In this document: in pieces, positions 50,799 through 61,749 of the stretch
Position numbering within the stretch: the stretch's first letter is position 1
How the letters are laid out: each line of letters opens with the position of its first letter
From: Acutalibacteraceae bacterium
GTDB lineage: Bacteria > Bacillota > Clostridia > Oscillospirales > Acutalibacteraceae
DNA: 64,000 bases
Assembly (NCBI GenBank): GCA_045541435.1
Contig: JAZQJD010000026.1
Coordinates: forward strand, 164,842-228,841
Direction of reading: 5' to 3'
Notes under the pieces: generated by a model
Databases searched by the model: none
What the model saw: only the letters and a program-made list of their open reading frames with translations
What the model was told of the DNA's origin: nothing
Program-made: the position numbers and the translations under genes

Positions 50799-51152
50799 TT
50801 AAAACTTGTCAATCATTCTTTTTATTTCTTCAATTTCTTTTTCACTGGGCTTTTTCCTTGAAGTAAACGCAGCAACAAACGCAGGCAACGAACCCGCAAA
50901 TGCTTCATCAACAAATTTCTCACTCTGAATTGCATAAAATTCATTTTTTGAAATAAGAGCTGTAACAATACTGTTTTCTGTTTTAAAAATACCTCTTTCA
51001 CAAAGCTTTTTTAAAACTGTGTATGTAGTTGTTCTTTTCCATTTAAGCTCCTTTTCGCAAAATGCAACAAGCTCCTTTGTTGTTAATGGTTCATTCTCCC
51101 AAACAATATCTGCAAAACGAGCCTCAACCATACCTAATTTAATTTCTGCCAT
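50799..51152 (-). CDS. BlaI/MecI/CopY-family transcriptional repressor
   Basis: Winged-helix N-terminus (TTKELV...TTYTVLKKLCERG), 117 aa. Operator-like dyads lie upstream at 51165-51215. Confidence 0.85.
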   Translation of the reverse strand: MAEIKLGMVEARFADIVWENEPLTTKELVAFCEKELKWKRTTTYTVLKKLCERGIFKTENSIVTALISKNEFYAIQSEKFVDEAFAGSLPAFVAAFTSRKKPSEKEIEEIKRMIDKF

Positions 51153-51300
51153 AAAAGAACCTCCCTTTGCTGTCTATTTACTATAGACTGCATTTATAGT
51201 CTATCACCGATAGACTGTTTTGTCAATAGTTAAATAAAACGAAAAAGAAACCGAAAGCAAATTACACTTTCGATTTCTTTACTTCTTAACTATTAACTGT

Positions 51301-53124
51301 TTATTTATGTCCGAACTGCTGTTTCATACGTTTTTCTTTTGAAAGGATTCTCTTTCTCAAACGAATGCTTTCGGGTGTTACTTCAAGGAGTTCGTCGTCA
51401 CCGATAAATTCCATTGACTGTTCAAGGGAAAGAACTGTATGGGGAACGAGGCGGAGTGCATCATCACTACCTGAAGCACGAGTGTTGGTCATCTGCTTTT
51501 TCTTACAAACGTTGCAGACAATATCTTCATTCTTTGCACATTCGCCAACTATCATACCCTCATAAACGGGAACACCGGGACCAACGAAAAGACGTCCTCT
51601 GTCCTGTGTATTGAAAAGACCGTAGCCTGTGGTTTCACCTGCTTCGTGAACAACGATTGAGCCACGCTCACGCATTTGAATATCGCCCTTATATTCCTCA
51701 TAACCTGCGAAGAGGTTATTCATAATACCGTTACCGTTTGTATCGGTCATAAACTCTGAGCGATAACCGATAAGGCCACGTGCGGGAATTTTGAATTCGA
51801 TATGAGTTGAGCCGCCGTCACGAACATCCATATTTTCAAGCTCGCCCTTACGAGAACCGATTTTCTCCATAACCGCACCGACATAGCTTTCGGGCACTTC
51901 AACAATAAGAAGCTCCATAGGCTCTAAAAGCTCACCGTTAGGGCCTTTTTTATAAATAACCTGAGGACGAGAAACCTGGAATTCATAACCTTGACGGCGC
52001 ATTGTTTCAATAAGAATTGAAAGGTGCAATTCACCACGACCGCTGACCTTGAAGGAATCGGTTGTATCGGTTTCTTCAACTCTCATACTAACATTGGTTT
52101 CAACCTCTTTGAAAAGGCGGGCACGGATGTTACGGGATGTAACAAATTTACCCTCCTGCCCTGCAAAGGGGCTATCGTTAACCATAAAGTTCATTGAAAT
52201 TGTGGGTTCATCAATTTCAACAAAGGGAAGTGCTTCGGGGTAATCCTTATCGCAAGCAGTTTCACCGATATTAAGCTCATTTATACCCGAAACTGCAACT
52301 AAATCGCCCATTTTTGCTTCCTGGCATTCAACTCTTGCGAGACCTTCAAATGTATAAAGCTTAACTATTTTAGCATTGGTCTGACCGCCATCCTTATTGC
52401 AAAGAACAACCTGCTGACCGACCTTAACAGAGCCTCTTTCAACTCTGCCCACACCGATTCTTCCGAGATAATCGTCATAATCAAGGCTTGAGAATAGAAG
52501 CTGTAAGGGTCCGTCAATATCGCCCTCGGGAGCATCAATGTTTTCGAGAATAGAATCAAGAAGAGGACGCATATCCCCCTCTCGAACATCAGCATCAAGA
52601 GAAGCGTAACCATCACGGCCGGAAGCAAAAACAACAGGAAATTCAATTTGGTCGTCATTTGCGCCAAGCTCAATAAACAAGTCAAGAACCTCGTCAATAA
52701 CCTCCATGGGTCTTGCACCGGGACGGTCAACTTTATTTATAACAACAATGGCTTTTTTGCCGAGAGCAAGTGCTTTTTTAAGAACAAAACGAGTCTGAGG
52801 CATACAGCCCTCAAATGCGTCTACAAGTAAAAGAACACCGTCAACCATCATCATAATACGCTCAACCTCTCCGCCGAAGTCAGCGTGGCCGGGAGTGTCA
52901 ACAATATTGATTTTAACACCCTTATAATGAATACCTGTATTCTTTGAAAGAATTGTTATTCCTCTTTCTTTTTCAAGGTCGTTGGAGTCCATAACCCTTT
53001 CATCAACCTGCTCATTGGAACGGAAAATACCGCTTTGATGAAGAAGCTGGTCAACAAGAGTTGTTTTACCGTGGTCAACGTGAGCAATAATTGCTATATT
53101 CCTTATATCTTCTCTTTTCTGCAC
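51301..53124 (-). CDS. typA: Translational GTPase TypA/BipA
   Basis: [11 protein letters not shown]1 motif and EF-G-like domains. GTG start with a GAAGGTGA RBS. The upstream ATG extension in the track is rejected. Confidence 0.95.
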   Translation of the reverse strand: MQKREDIRNIAIIAHVDHGKTTLVDQLLHQSGIFRSNEQVDERVMDSNDLEKERGITILSKNTGIHYKGVKINIVDTPGHADFGGEVERIMMMVDGVLLLVDAFEGCMPQTRFVLKKALALGKKAIVVINKVDRPGARPMEVIDEVLDLFIELGANDDQIEFPVVFASGRDGYASLDADVREGDMRPLLDSILENIDAPEGDIDGPLQLLFSSLDYDDYLGRIGVGRVERGSVKVGQQVVLCNKDGGQTNAKIVKLYTFEGLARVECQEAKMGDLVAVSGINELNIGETACDKDYPEALPFVEIDEPTISMNFMVNDSPFAGQEGKFVTSRNIRARLFKEVETNVSMRVEETDTTDSFKVSGRGELHLSILIETMRRQGYEFQVSRPQVIYKKGPNGELLEPMELLIVEVPESYVGAVMEKIGSRKGELENMDVRDGGSTHIEFKIPARGLIGYRSEFMTDTNGNGIMNNLFAGYEEYKGDIQMRERGSIVVHEAGETTGYGLFNTQDRGRLFVGPGVPVYEGMIVGECAKNEDIVCNVCKKKQMTNTRASGSDDALRLVPHTVLSLEQSMEFIGDDELLEVTPESIRLRKRILSKEKRMKQQFGHK

Positions 53125-53317
53125 CTTTTTCACCTTCAGATAACTTGAGTTTTTAACTATAGAATTATACCACTCAAGAAAGCTATAATCAAGTTTTTTA
53201 GTATTCTTAATCATAGAAATTCGACAAAAGAATGGTAAAACTATTATATATTTTGCCAAAAGGCATGCAATTATTGAAAAATAAGATTAATTTTGGTAAA
53301 ATAAATGCGGTGATAAA

Positions 53318-54112
53318 ATGAAATTTAAAAATGTGCTTATTGCAAGTGATTTTGACGGAACCTTGAAAAATGATGAGGGTATCATTACCCCCGATGTTAT
53401 AGAAAAAATACAATATTTTATTGAAAATGGTGGATTTTTTACCGTTTGTACAGGAAGAATTCACCAAGGCTTTCATTTATACAGTCCCGAATATATCAAT
53501 GCACCTGTTCTTTTGGGAAACGGTGCTATGGCACTTGATTATGAAAAGAATGAAGTAATTTTCAATGATGCAATAGGTTGTGAGGGGTTACCGGCAATAA
53601 ACGATGTTTTAAAAGCGTTTCCCGATATTTCAATAGAATTTTACAATTTTAATAAAGTCTGTGCAATAAACTTAAACTCACATTCAGAACAGCATTTTAC
53701 AAGTCAAGGTATTAATTTTGAAACTATAAATATTCCCGAGGAAGCCCCTCTCCCCTGGACAAAGGTTATGATTGCCGCCCACGGTTGTTCAAAAGAGGTT
53801 CAAGAAATACTTGATAAGCACCCGGAAATCAATTACCTTAAAACAACGGGAAATTATGTTGAAATTCTCAAAAAAGGCGTTGATAAAGGCACAGGTCTTT
53901 TAAAATTGGCAAAAGCCTTAGGTTGCAAGCCAAATGACACCTATGCCGCAGGTGATGGCTATAATGATGTTGAAATGCTAATTGCTTCAAATGGTGGATT
54001 TGTTCCCGAAAACGCTTCAGAAGAAGCACTTTCAGTTGCAAAATATGTAACAAGGTCAAATAACAACGGATGCATAGCGAATGCTATTGAGATATTAGAT
54101 GAACTATATTGA
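53318..54112 (+). CDS. Cof-type HAD-IIB hydrolase
   Basis: DFDGTL motif I and GDGYNDVEM motif III. Confidence 0.8.
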   Translation: MKFKNVLIASDFDGTLKNDEGIITPDVIEKIQYFIENGGFFTVCTGRIHQGFHLYSPEYINAPVLLGNGAMALDYEKNEVIFNDAIGCEGLPAINDVLKAFPDISIEFYNFNKVCAINLNSHSEQHFTSQGINFETINIPEEAPLPWTKVMIAAHGCSKEVQEILDKHPEINYLKTTGNYVEILKKGVDKGTGLLKLAKALGCKPNDTYAAGDGYNDVEMLIASNGGFVPENASEEALSVAKYVTRSNNNGCIANAIEILDELY

Positions 54113-54497
54113 TAACAGCAGATGGAATTCACTTTTCCATCTGCTGTTATTATTAATCTACTTTAATTTTGAGTCTTTACCACCACTCATAAAATCTCCG
54201 TTAACTACAAAAATGCCGAGCAGCAAAATCCCCACTTTAAATCTCTGATACAAGAGAATTCTTAAAAATTTCTTGCATTTCAACATATTTTTTCTGTATT
54301 TTGATTTTGGGGGTTGAAAATTCTTATCAATAGCAACTAAAATTCCAAGTAAAGAATTGTACCTATAAAGAATAGTGCAAACTAATAAGGTGGTATTTTT
54401 ATGAAAATTTGAATAATAATATAGCTTTCGAAGTTAGACCGGCTATTTTTATTTTGAAGCCAAAATATAATAAGCAAAAACCACAAGGGGGATTATT

Positions 54498-57400
54498 GTG
54501 AAAAAGTTACTTTGTTTTATTTTATGCTTGATTCTTGCTTTTTCAAGTGTATCAGTTTTTGCACAGGCTTATGAGATTAATAACAACTCTCTTTCACCAC
54601 TTGAAGCCTTCACCCAAAAGCTCACCCAACTTACAAAGGAATATAATTCTAACAGTGATATTTCAGTTTTTTCATCGTATACACTTGATGAAAACGAGAT
54701 TGCTCATAATGACTCAACAAAACGTCTGATTGTTAAAGCAAAAGGTAAAATAGACGCTCTTAACGCAGTTGAGCATATTGAGGGCTACAACGATTTACAT
54801 ATTCTTCAATTCGATTCTTATGGTGATATGGAAAGTGCTTTAGCCTTTTACGAAAACTGCGAAAATGTTATTTATGTTCAAGAGGATTGCGTCAACAAAA
54901 CTGCTGAATATGAAATAATTGAAGAAAATGTGCCCTTTACCGAAAACTCAAATAACGAAAACTCCGCTAATGAAGTTACTAATCCTATGCAGGACTGTGC
55001 TGATGCACAAGGCTTTACTGCTTTAAGAAAAAAACTTGCTGATGAGAATAAAGTTTATGAACAAGAAATCACTGTGGCTGTTATTGATACAGGCGTTGAA
55101 GCAGAGCACGAGCTTTTAGCAGGAAGAGTTGAGCCCACGGGCTTTGACTCTATTGATGGTGTTTCCTGCGCTGACAAGGAAGGTCACGGTACACATGTTG
55201 CAGGTATAATAGCTTCAAACACACTTGATAATGTAACAATAAGACCATACAGAGTTTTAAATGAAGATGGTGAGGGTACAGATGCTCAAGTAGTTTTAGG
55301 TATTGAAGTCGCTATAGAAGATGGTGTCGATGTAATAAATATGAGCCTTGGAAGACGGGGCGAAAGTGCTCTTATGGATGAGGCGATAAAGAAGGCAAAT
55401 GATGCAGGCATTGTAGTAGTTGTTGCAGCCGGTAACGAAGGCTTTTGTATGGATGCCATTCCTTGCACTCCCGCTTGTTGTGAAAATGTAATTACTGTTA
55501 CCGCATGTCATAAAAATATGTCTGTTACTATGCCTTTTTCAAACTTCGGTTCAATGTGTGAAACAGGTGCTATAGGTAATAGTGTGAAAAGCTCGTATCT
55601 TAATAATACCTATGCATATTTGTCAGGCACCTCTATGGCAGCACCGTTTGTTGCAGCCGGAGTAACTTACCTGTTGCTTGATAATCCGAATTTGACTTAT
55701 GAAGAGATTGTAGATACTATAGATAAATTTGAGTATAATACTTTTCTGTTCCTTGAATACATTCTTGAAGATGATATTGTACAATTACCCGAACCTGAGT
55801 TTAGTGTTGTGGGTGGTGACTTTACAGAGGAATTTTATTTAGAGCTTACCTGCGAGGATGAAACTGCAACTATTTACTATACTCGTGGTTCTTTTGATAA
55901 ATTCCAGGGACAAATTTATAGCGAACCATTGAAAATAAAATACAACACTACTATTACAGCATATACCGCAAAGCGTGGTGCAAAATCAAGCGAAAAGGTA
56001 ACACAGACATTCACAAGAGCATTTCCGACAGATGAATATATGTATGAAATCACCGAAGATGGAGTAATTACCGAATATCTGGGTCCATGCACCGCTGATG
56101 ATAAGGAGTTAATTATACCTGATACAATTAAAGGGATAACCCCAACAACAATAGGCATTAATGCATTCAAGGGAAAGCAATTTTTTGAATATATTACAGT
56201 ACCGGATACCGTAACCAAACTTGATAGTTGTGCTTTTCAAGGGTGTTACAACCTTAAATTCTTTACAGGTAAAGGTGTAACTGTTGTGGGCAGCGGAGCC
56301 TTTGAAGGATGTTACGACCTAATTGATTTTATAGGTGGCGAACTTGAGGAGATTGGTGGTAACGGTTTTAAAAATTGCGAATCTTTAAGATTTATTGACA
56401 CAAGAAATCTTACAAGAATAGAAGGAGGTGCATTCAGGGAATCAAGTGCAATACAAACACTTGTTTCAGATAAACTTACTTATATCGGTCCTCAAGCTTT
56501 TTACGCAACCGATATAAACACTGTAGAATGTCCCAATGTCACCGAAATAGGTTTGGCGGCTTTTTCAGAATGTGAAAATCTAGAAACTGTATTTATTCCC
56601 AAAGTTACGGAACTCTCCGATGAACTTTTCGGCCCAAATATAAAAGAGGTTTATGCACCTTTAGTTGAACGAATAGGTGCATTCACCTTTGCTTATTCGA
56701 CAAACCTTAAAGAAGTGAATTTTCCTTTGGTAACCTATATATCTTGGAGTGCTTTTAAGGGGTGCGACCAAATAAAATCGTTTGATTTTCCGTTATTAAC
56801 ATATATAGGCGAAGAGGCTTTTAGAGATTGTACTGCACTCGAAAGCATTAACGCCCATTCGGTGACACATCTGGATAATTATGCTTTTATGAATTGTTCT
56901 TCATTAAAAGAGTTTGATTGTTCCTTGGTAACTGACTTTGGTATGAATGTTTTCAAGGGTTGCTCTTCACTTAAGGAGCTTGAGTTCGATTCTAATTTAA
57001 TCATTTATCGGGATACCTTTTATGATGAAATTACTGTAAACAAGGTTATTTTTAATAATCCTAAAAAAATTGTTGCATTTCCCTCCAATGTTCCCGTAGC
57101 TCTGCCGTCATCCCTTACGGATATTGTTGAGGATGACCCTGAAAATGTAATAATTTACGGAACAAAGGGCAGTTACGCCGAGGATTGGGCTTCTGACTAT
57201 GACCAGACTTTTATAGAAATAACTCCTCAGAGTGCAATATTTAATGATATCGAACCTTATTTCTTACCGGGTGATGAACCTCTTTATTTTGATGTGATAG
57301 GCCTTAACAGAACATATCAATGGTATGGTAATAATGAAAAATCCACCTCGAACGGTACTGCTATAAAAGGTGCTACAAACAGTAAATTTTCCCCGGCGGA

Positions 57401-57905
57401 TTATGATACAAAGTATAATTATTATTACTGTGTTGCAACAAGCAAAGATGGTGCGAACGATACTGTTTATATAACAAGCGACCTTTGCACATATTGCCAT
57501 ATTCCAATAAAGCCCAAAGTAAATACAACAATAAACTTTGAAAATTCGATGCTTTTTACATCTGAAACCGCAAAAACACTTCTTACCGACCTCGTTACCT
57601 TCGGTGAAGTTGGAAAAAATATACCCATCCCCTCTTACACATCAGGAACAAATGATTATTTCGGCACCGGCTCATATTTCATAATTTATTCAAACGGCAC
57701 GCCAAAATACACCTTCAATATTGTGGTCTACGGTGATTTAAATGGCGATAGTATTTGCGATGTAATTGATTGTTCCGAAGTAGCAAGAGCTGTTAATGGT
57801 CATAAGGAATTATCCGGCTTATATCATAATGCCGCCGATACTGACTCGAACGGTGAAATTGATATTTCAGACTATCAGTATATTGTTAACAGAGCATTAA
57901 AATAA
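54498..57905 (+). CDS. Secreted S8 subtilisin-like protease with BspA-type LRRs and a C-terminal type-I dockerin
   Basis: Signal peptide. Asp/His/Ser triad motifs (DTGV, HGTHVAG, GTSMAAP). LRR units in the middle. C-terminal GDLNGDSICDVID...DTDSNGEIDISD Ca-binding dockerin repeats. GTG start with AAGGGGGA RBS. Confidence 0.8.
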   Translation: MKKLLCFILCLILAFSSVSVFAQAYEINNNSLSPLEAFTQKLTQLTKEYNSNSDISVFSSYTLDENEIAHNDSTKRLIVKAKGKIDALNAVEHIEGYNDLHILQFDSYGDMESALAFYENCENVIYVQEDCVNKTAEYEIIEENVPFTENSNNENSANEVTNPMQDCADAQGFTALRKKLADENKVYEQEITVAVIDTGVEAEHELLAGRVEPTGFDSIDGVSCADKEGHGTHVAGIIASNTLDNVTIRPYRVLNEDGEGTDAQVVLGIEVAIEDGVDVINMSLGRRGESALMDEAIKKANDAGIVVVVAAGNEGFCMDAIPCTPACCENVITVTACHKNMSVTMPFSNFGSMCETGAIGNSVKSSYLNNTYAYLSGTSMAAPFVAAGVTYLLLDNPNLTYEEIVDTIDKFEYNTFLFLEYILEDDIVQLPEPEFSVVGGDFTEEFYLELTCEDETATIYYTRGSFDKFQGQIYSEPLKIKYNTTITAYTAKRGAKSSEKVTQTFTRAFPTDEYMYEITEDGVITEYLGPCTADDKELIIPDTIKGITPTTIGINAFKGKQFFEYITVPDTVTKLDSCAFQGCYNLKFFTGKGVTVVGSGAFEGCYDLIDFIGGELEEIGGNGFKNCESLRFIDTRNLTRIEGGAFRESSAIQTLVSDKLTYIGPQAFYATDINTVECPNVTEIGLAAFSECENLETVFIPKVTELSDELFGPNIKEVYAPLVERIGAFTFAYSTNLKEVNFPLVTYISWSAFKGCDQIKSFDFPLLTYIGEEAFRDCTALESINAHSVTHLDNYAFMNCSSLKEFDCSLVTDFGMNVFKGCSSLKELEFDSNLIIYRDTFYDEITVNKVIFNNPKKIVAFPSNVPVALPSSLTDIVEDDPENVIIYGTKGSYAEDWASDYDQTFIEITPQSAIFNDIEPYFLPGDEPLYFDVIGLNRTYQWYGNNEKSTSNGTAIKGATNSKFSPADYDTKYNYYYCVATSKDGANDTVYITSDLCTYCHIPIKPKVNTTINFENSMLFTSETAKTLLTDLVTFGEVGKNIPIPSYTSGTNDYFGTGSYFIIYSNGTPKYTFNIVVYGDLNGDSICDVIDCSEVARAVNGHKELSGLYHNAADTDSNGEIDISDYQYIVNRALK

Positions 57906-57970
57906 TTTTTTAAAATAAATAAAACATCGGACAGTTACAATTCAAGATTGTAACTGTCCGAGTTTTAATA

Positions 57971-60382
57971 TTAGTACTTATCTGTTATTGCTTTTGCATT
58001 GGAATATGCACTATAGGTTTTGCTCTTATAAGCTTTTATCTTGTAGGTGTATTTCTTACCCTTCTTTGCAGATTTATCTGTGTAAGTTACCTTTGTTAAA
58101 CCTTTTACAGTTGCTATTCTTGAATAAGAGCCTGTACCTGTTTTGCGGTAAACCATATAACCTTCAGAACCTGTTACCTTACTCCAAGTAAGCTTAACGC
58201 CACTCTTTGTGCTTGATGGTGTTTTTAAGGTTGGGTCTGCAAGGTAATATTTTGAAAGTGAGCTTGAAAGTGAAGAGTTACCTGCTTCATTCTGTGATTT
58301 TACTGCATAATAATATTTAGTTCCGGATTTTGCAGTTTTATCGGTATAATAGGTTTTGCTTGTAGTACCGATATATTTCCAATCACTCTTACTTGTTTTA
58401 CGGTAAACTCTGTATTTGTCAGCACCGGTTACCTTACTCCATTTTGTTAAAACACCGTATTCGGTGTTAGAAATAGATTTAAGCTTAGGTTTTGCTGCTT
58501 TAAGCTGCGGAATTTCAGCAGTTTTAATTGTTTTGCCGCAAAGCTTACATTCTTTATGTTTTTTACCTGCACTATTTACAGTTGCCTTTTTATCTGTAAT
58601 CCATGATGATGAAACGTGATTATGAATCAATTCCTTAATATCGGGAACATCAGTTGTTGAAATAGTTTCCCATGAAATAAATTTCACATCGGTTCCGTCA
58701 AATTCAACAGTAATTTTAAGACACTTAAGTATTTCACCTGCATAACCATCGTTCATAACATAATCTACGCCTTCAACTGCTCCGGCAGGCTTTTCATAAG
58801 CCATTTCAAGAGTGTAGCCGTATATCTCGTATAAACCGTTTCCGAGATTCTTATAGCCTTTTGTTGCGTAGGTAATGCTATCGCCGAATCCACCAGCATC
58901 AGGCATATCGTATGTATTGGTTTCCGTGTGGTAAACAGGTTCGTGATCAGTATCATTTCTTAATACATTTATATCACTAATATTAAAGTGCTTTAATGCT
59001 TCTGCTTCATAAACCTCGGCAGGAATTGCAAAATAACGAATGGTATATGAACCGGACCCATAATCTTTTTCTATTTCATATGAATCATAATCATAGATAT
59101 TGAGCTTATCTGTTGTGTACCATTTTATATGCTTGGGAGAAAATTCATAGATATTATCTTCACCATTGAAAGCAACTGACCACCAAAGCTTGAACATTTC
59201 TGAGTGGAAAACATCGGTAAAGTTTTTGCCAAGAGCAGGAATTACTGTTAAATCTTTTCTGTCACCACATCCGGAACAGAGGTGAGATTTTCTGCCGTCT
59301 TCGTCCTCAGTTGCTCTCCAATCAATAACCCAATCTGTTGAATAGTTATGCTCTGTTTTTTCAATAGTCTCAGTTTCGCAAGTAAAGCCACAAATTGAGC
59401 AAACTTTAATTCTCGAGCCTTCTCTCTTACAATTAGCTTCTTTTTCAATAATCCAATCAGATGGTGTATGAGTGTGATTTTCTTCAACAAATGCGATATT
59501 ACTATTTTTAGCAAATCTTTCAGCTGTTGAACCTTTTTTTCCATAAACGGTGAGAATATCTGAACTAACCACTCTACCCTCATCATTCTCCCAATAACCA
59601 AATGCATTTTCATAAATGTTTGTGCTTTCGTTATAAACTGTAACGGAAGTGATATTCTTACAGTTATAAAAGCATTCAGTATCAATTTCTTCCACGCTAT
59701 AAGGGAAAACAAGAGAAGTCAATGCTTCACATCTATGGAAAGCCATATAACCAATATATTCTAATCCATTGTTAAATGTAACGTTAGCAAGGTTGAGGCA
59801 CTGATTAAAAGCATAATCTTGAATCCTTGTTACACTTGCAGGAATAGTAATTCCGGATAACGCTTTGCAGCAGAAGAACGCATATCTTCCAATACTGGAA
59901 ATATTGTTACCTAAAACTACAGTTTCAAGCTTATCGCAACTATAAAATGTATTTTCATGGATTCCATTTACATTATTACCGATAACAGCGCTCCGGAGAT
60001 TATCGCAATCATAAAAAACCTCTTCTCCCATATATACAACATTATCGGGAATCGTAACTGAGGTAAGATTATCACATTGATTAAAAGCACCCTCATCAAT
60101 ACTTTTAACTGTATCAGGTATCACAACTGAAGTTATATCCGAATTAGAAAAAGCATACTCACCTATACGTGTAACAGGATAACCGTTATATGTAGCCGGA
60201 ATAACAACTTCCCCATCAGAATTGCCTAAATACTCTACTAAAGTATAGTCTTCATCGCCACCGTCATAGTACAAATAAAAATCTTCTGCATCGGCAGCGC
60301 CTACTGTTACGGGTATGCCGGATACCATACCCAGAACAATTACTAATGATAAAAATAATCCTAAAATTCTTTTCATATGCAT
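57971..60382 (-). CDS. Secreted BspA-type LRR protein with C-terminal Fn3-like repeats
   Basis: Signal peptide, many LRR units, and two Fn3-like Tyr/Lys-rich modules at the C-terminus. Confidence 0.55.
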   Translation of the reverse strand: MHMKRILGLFLSLVIVLGMVSGIPVTVGAADAEDFYLYYDGGDEDYTLVEYLGNSDGEVVIPATYNGYPVTRIGEYAFSNSDITSVVIPDTVKSIDEGAFNQCDNLTSVTIPDNVVYMGEEVFYDCDNLRSAVIGNNVNGIHENTFYSCDKLETVVLGNNISSIGRYAFFCCKALSGITIPASVTRIQDYAFNQCLNLANVTFNNGLEYIGYMAFHRCEALTSLVFPYSVEEIDTECFYNCKNITSVTVYNESTNIYENAFGYWENDEGRVVSSDILTVYGKKGSTAERFAKNSNIAFVEENHTHTPSDWIIEKEANCKREGSRIKVCSICGFTCETETIEKTEHNYSTDWVIDWRATEDEDGRKSHLCSGCGDRKDLTVIPALGKNFTDVFHSEMFKLWWSVAFNGEDNIYEFSPKHIKWYTTDKLNIYDYDSYEIEKDYGSGSYTIRYFAIPAEVYEAEALKHFNISDINVLRNDTDHEPVYHTETNTYDMPDAGGFGDSITYATKGYKNLGNGLYEIYGYTLEMAYEKPAGAVEGVDYVMNDGYAGEILKCLKITVEFDGTDVKFISWETISTTDVPDIKELIHNHVSSSWITDKKATVNSAGKKHKECKLCGKTIKTAEIPQLKAAKPKLKSISNTEYGVLTKWSKVTGADKYRVYRKTSKSDWKYIGTTSKTYYTDKTAKSGTKYYYAVKSQNEAGNSSLSSSLSKYYLADPTLKTPSSTKSGVKLTWSKVTGSEGYMVYRKTGTGSYSRIATVKGLTKVTYTDKSAKKGKKYTYKIKAYKSKTYSAYSNAKAITDKY

Positions 60383-60465
60383 CCTCCTTTAATTTATCAT
60401 AATAATATTATATCACAAATCCGTTCTAAGTCAATAGAATTTCTTGCACTTTACTAAATATCAAT

Positions 60466-61749
60466 CTACTGTTTTCTTAGTATCATAACAGTAGTAATAA
60501 ACTCTTTATTTTCTTCATCATATTCCCAGCTATAATCACCTTCATATTTTTCCAAAGCATTTTTAACACTTTTTATTCCCAGGCCGTGAAAACGCTTATT
60601 GTCTTTTGTTGTTTTTAAAAGCTCACCTTTTGAATTAGGCTTTGTATCGCAACTATTTTTCACCACAATTACATCATAGGTATTTCTATAATCCGTAGTA
60701 AGCTCTATATTTTTCAAAACTGACTTTTCTGCCGATTCAACAGCATTATCAAGAATGTTGCCTAAAATAGTCACCAAGTCGTACATTTCTATACTTTTTA
60801 GATTAGATAAACGCACATCATGAGTAAAATTTATCTTTTTAATCTCGCATTCAGTAATATATTTATTTATTATTACATCAAGATGATGGTTTCCGCTTGA
60901 AGAAAGCTTACTATATTCATTCAGCCCATCTGTAAGCTTTTGGAGATATTCGGCTATTTCTTCGTTATCAGTAAGATTTTTTATTGCTGAAAGGTGTTTC
61001 TTTGTGTCGTGAGCATAAATCATTAAATTATTATTTTGATACTCTAACAATTCATAATATTTATTATCACTTTCTCGTTCTTGGTTTATAATCCTCAGTT
61101 CTTCAAGCTCTTGCTCTTTACTGCTTGACTGTTGCTGATAAATGCAAATAACAATAATTGATATTAACATAACAAAACCTGTAAAAGATACCAGCAGCTT
61201 AAAAGCATTTGACATTTGTAAGTTGCTTCCCATAAGAACAAAAACTCCGCTGTTTATAAAAATTGAGATAATAAGGGATACTAAAATTGAACTACTTTTA
61301 CCGAAATTCGTTTTACTGAATATTGAAGTCAGAATTTTTATTGAAAGGAAAAGAATAGTCTTTGAGCATATAATCAGAAGCATATATGAGTATGGGTCCT
61401 GCGTAAAGAACATCAGATTTCCCTTTGTTATAGCCGAAAGCAACGCAACTGTAGCATATTCACTGACAGAGACTAAAGCTACAAATATTAAGGCAATCCA
61501 TAAAGATATAGTGTTTTTTTGCTTATATAAGAATTTACCAAAAAAGAATTGGAACAAAAACAAAGTCACACAGTTAATAAAAAAATTATAATCAAATCCA
61601 AGATTTATGACACCCATAACTATATAACTTATGCTGATTATTATAAACTTTTTCATTTTTTTATTAGAAGGATTCAGACTTTCGTACATTATAAAAGATA
61701 TTAAACCTTCAATAATTTGTAATATAAAATGTAAAATTGTTGTACTCAT
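60466..61749 (-). CDS. AgrC/HPK10-like membrane sensor histidine kinase
   Basis: About 6 N-terminal TM helices and a C-terminal GHKL ATPase (HGLGIKSVKNALEKYEG). Confidence 0.7.
   Translation of the reverse strand: MSTTILHFILQIIEGLISFIMYESLNPSNKKMKKFIIISISYIVMGVINLGFDYNFFINCVTLFLFQFFFGKFLYKQKNTISLWIALIFVALVSVSEYATVALLSAITKGNLMFFTQDPYSYMLLIICSKTILFLSIKILTSIFSKTNFGKSSSILVSLIISIFINSGVFVLMGSNLQMSNAFKLLVSFTGFVMLISIIVICIYQQQSSSKEQELEELRIINQERESDNKYYELLEYQNNNLMIYAHDTKKHLSAIKNLTDNEEIAEYLQKLTDGLNEYSKLSSSGNHHLDVIINKYITECEIKKINFTHDVRLSNLKSIEMYDLVTILGNILDNAVESAEKSVLKNIELTTDYRNTYDVIVVKNSCDTKPNSKGELLKTTKDNKRFHGLGIKSVKNALEKYEGDYSWEYDEENKEFITTVMILRKQ

Noticed and set aside
53125-53259. N-terminal 45-aa extension of TypA starting at MAKYIIVLPFF
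   Set aside because: TypA/BipA begins just before the [10 protein letters not shown]1 motif. A GTG at 53124 is preceded by a GAAGGTGA RBS, and the extension is hydrophobic junk.
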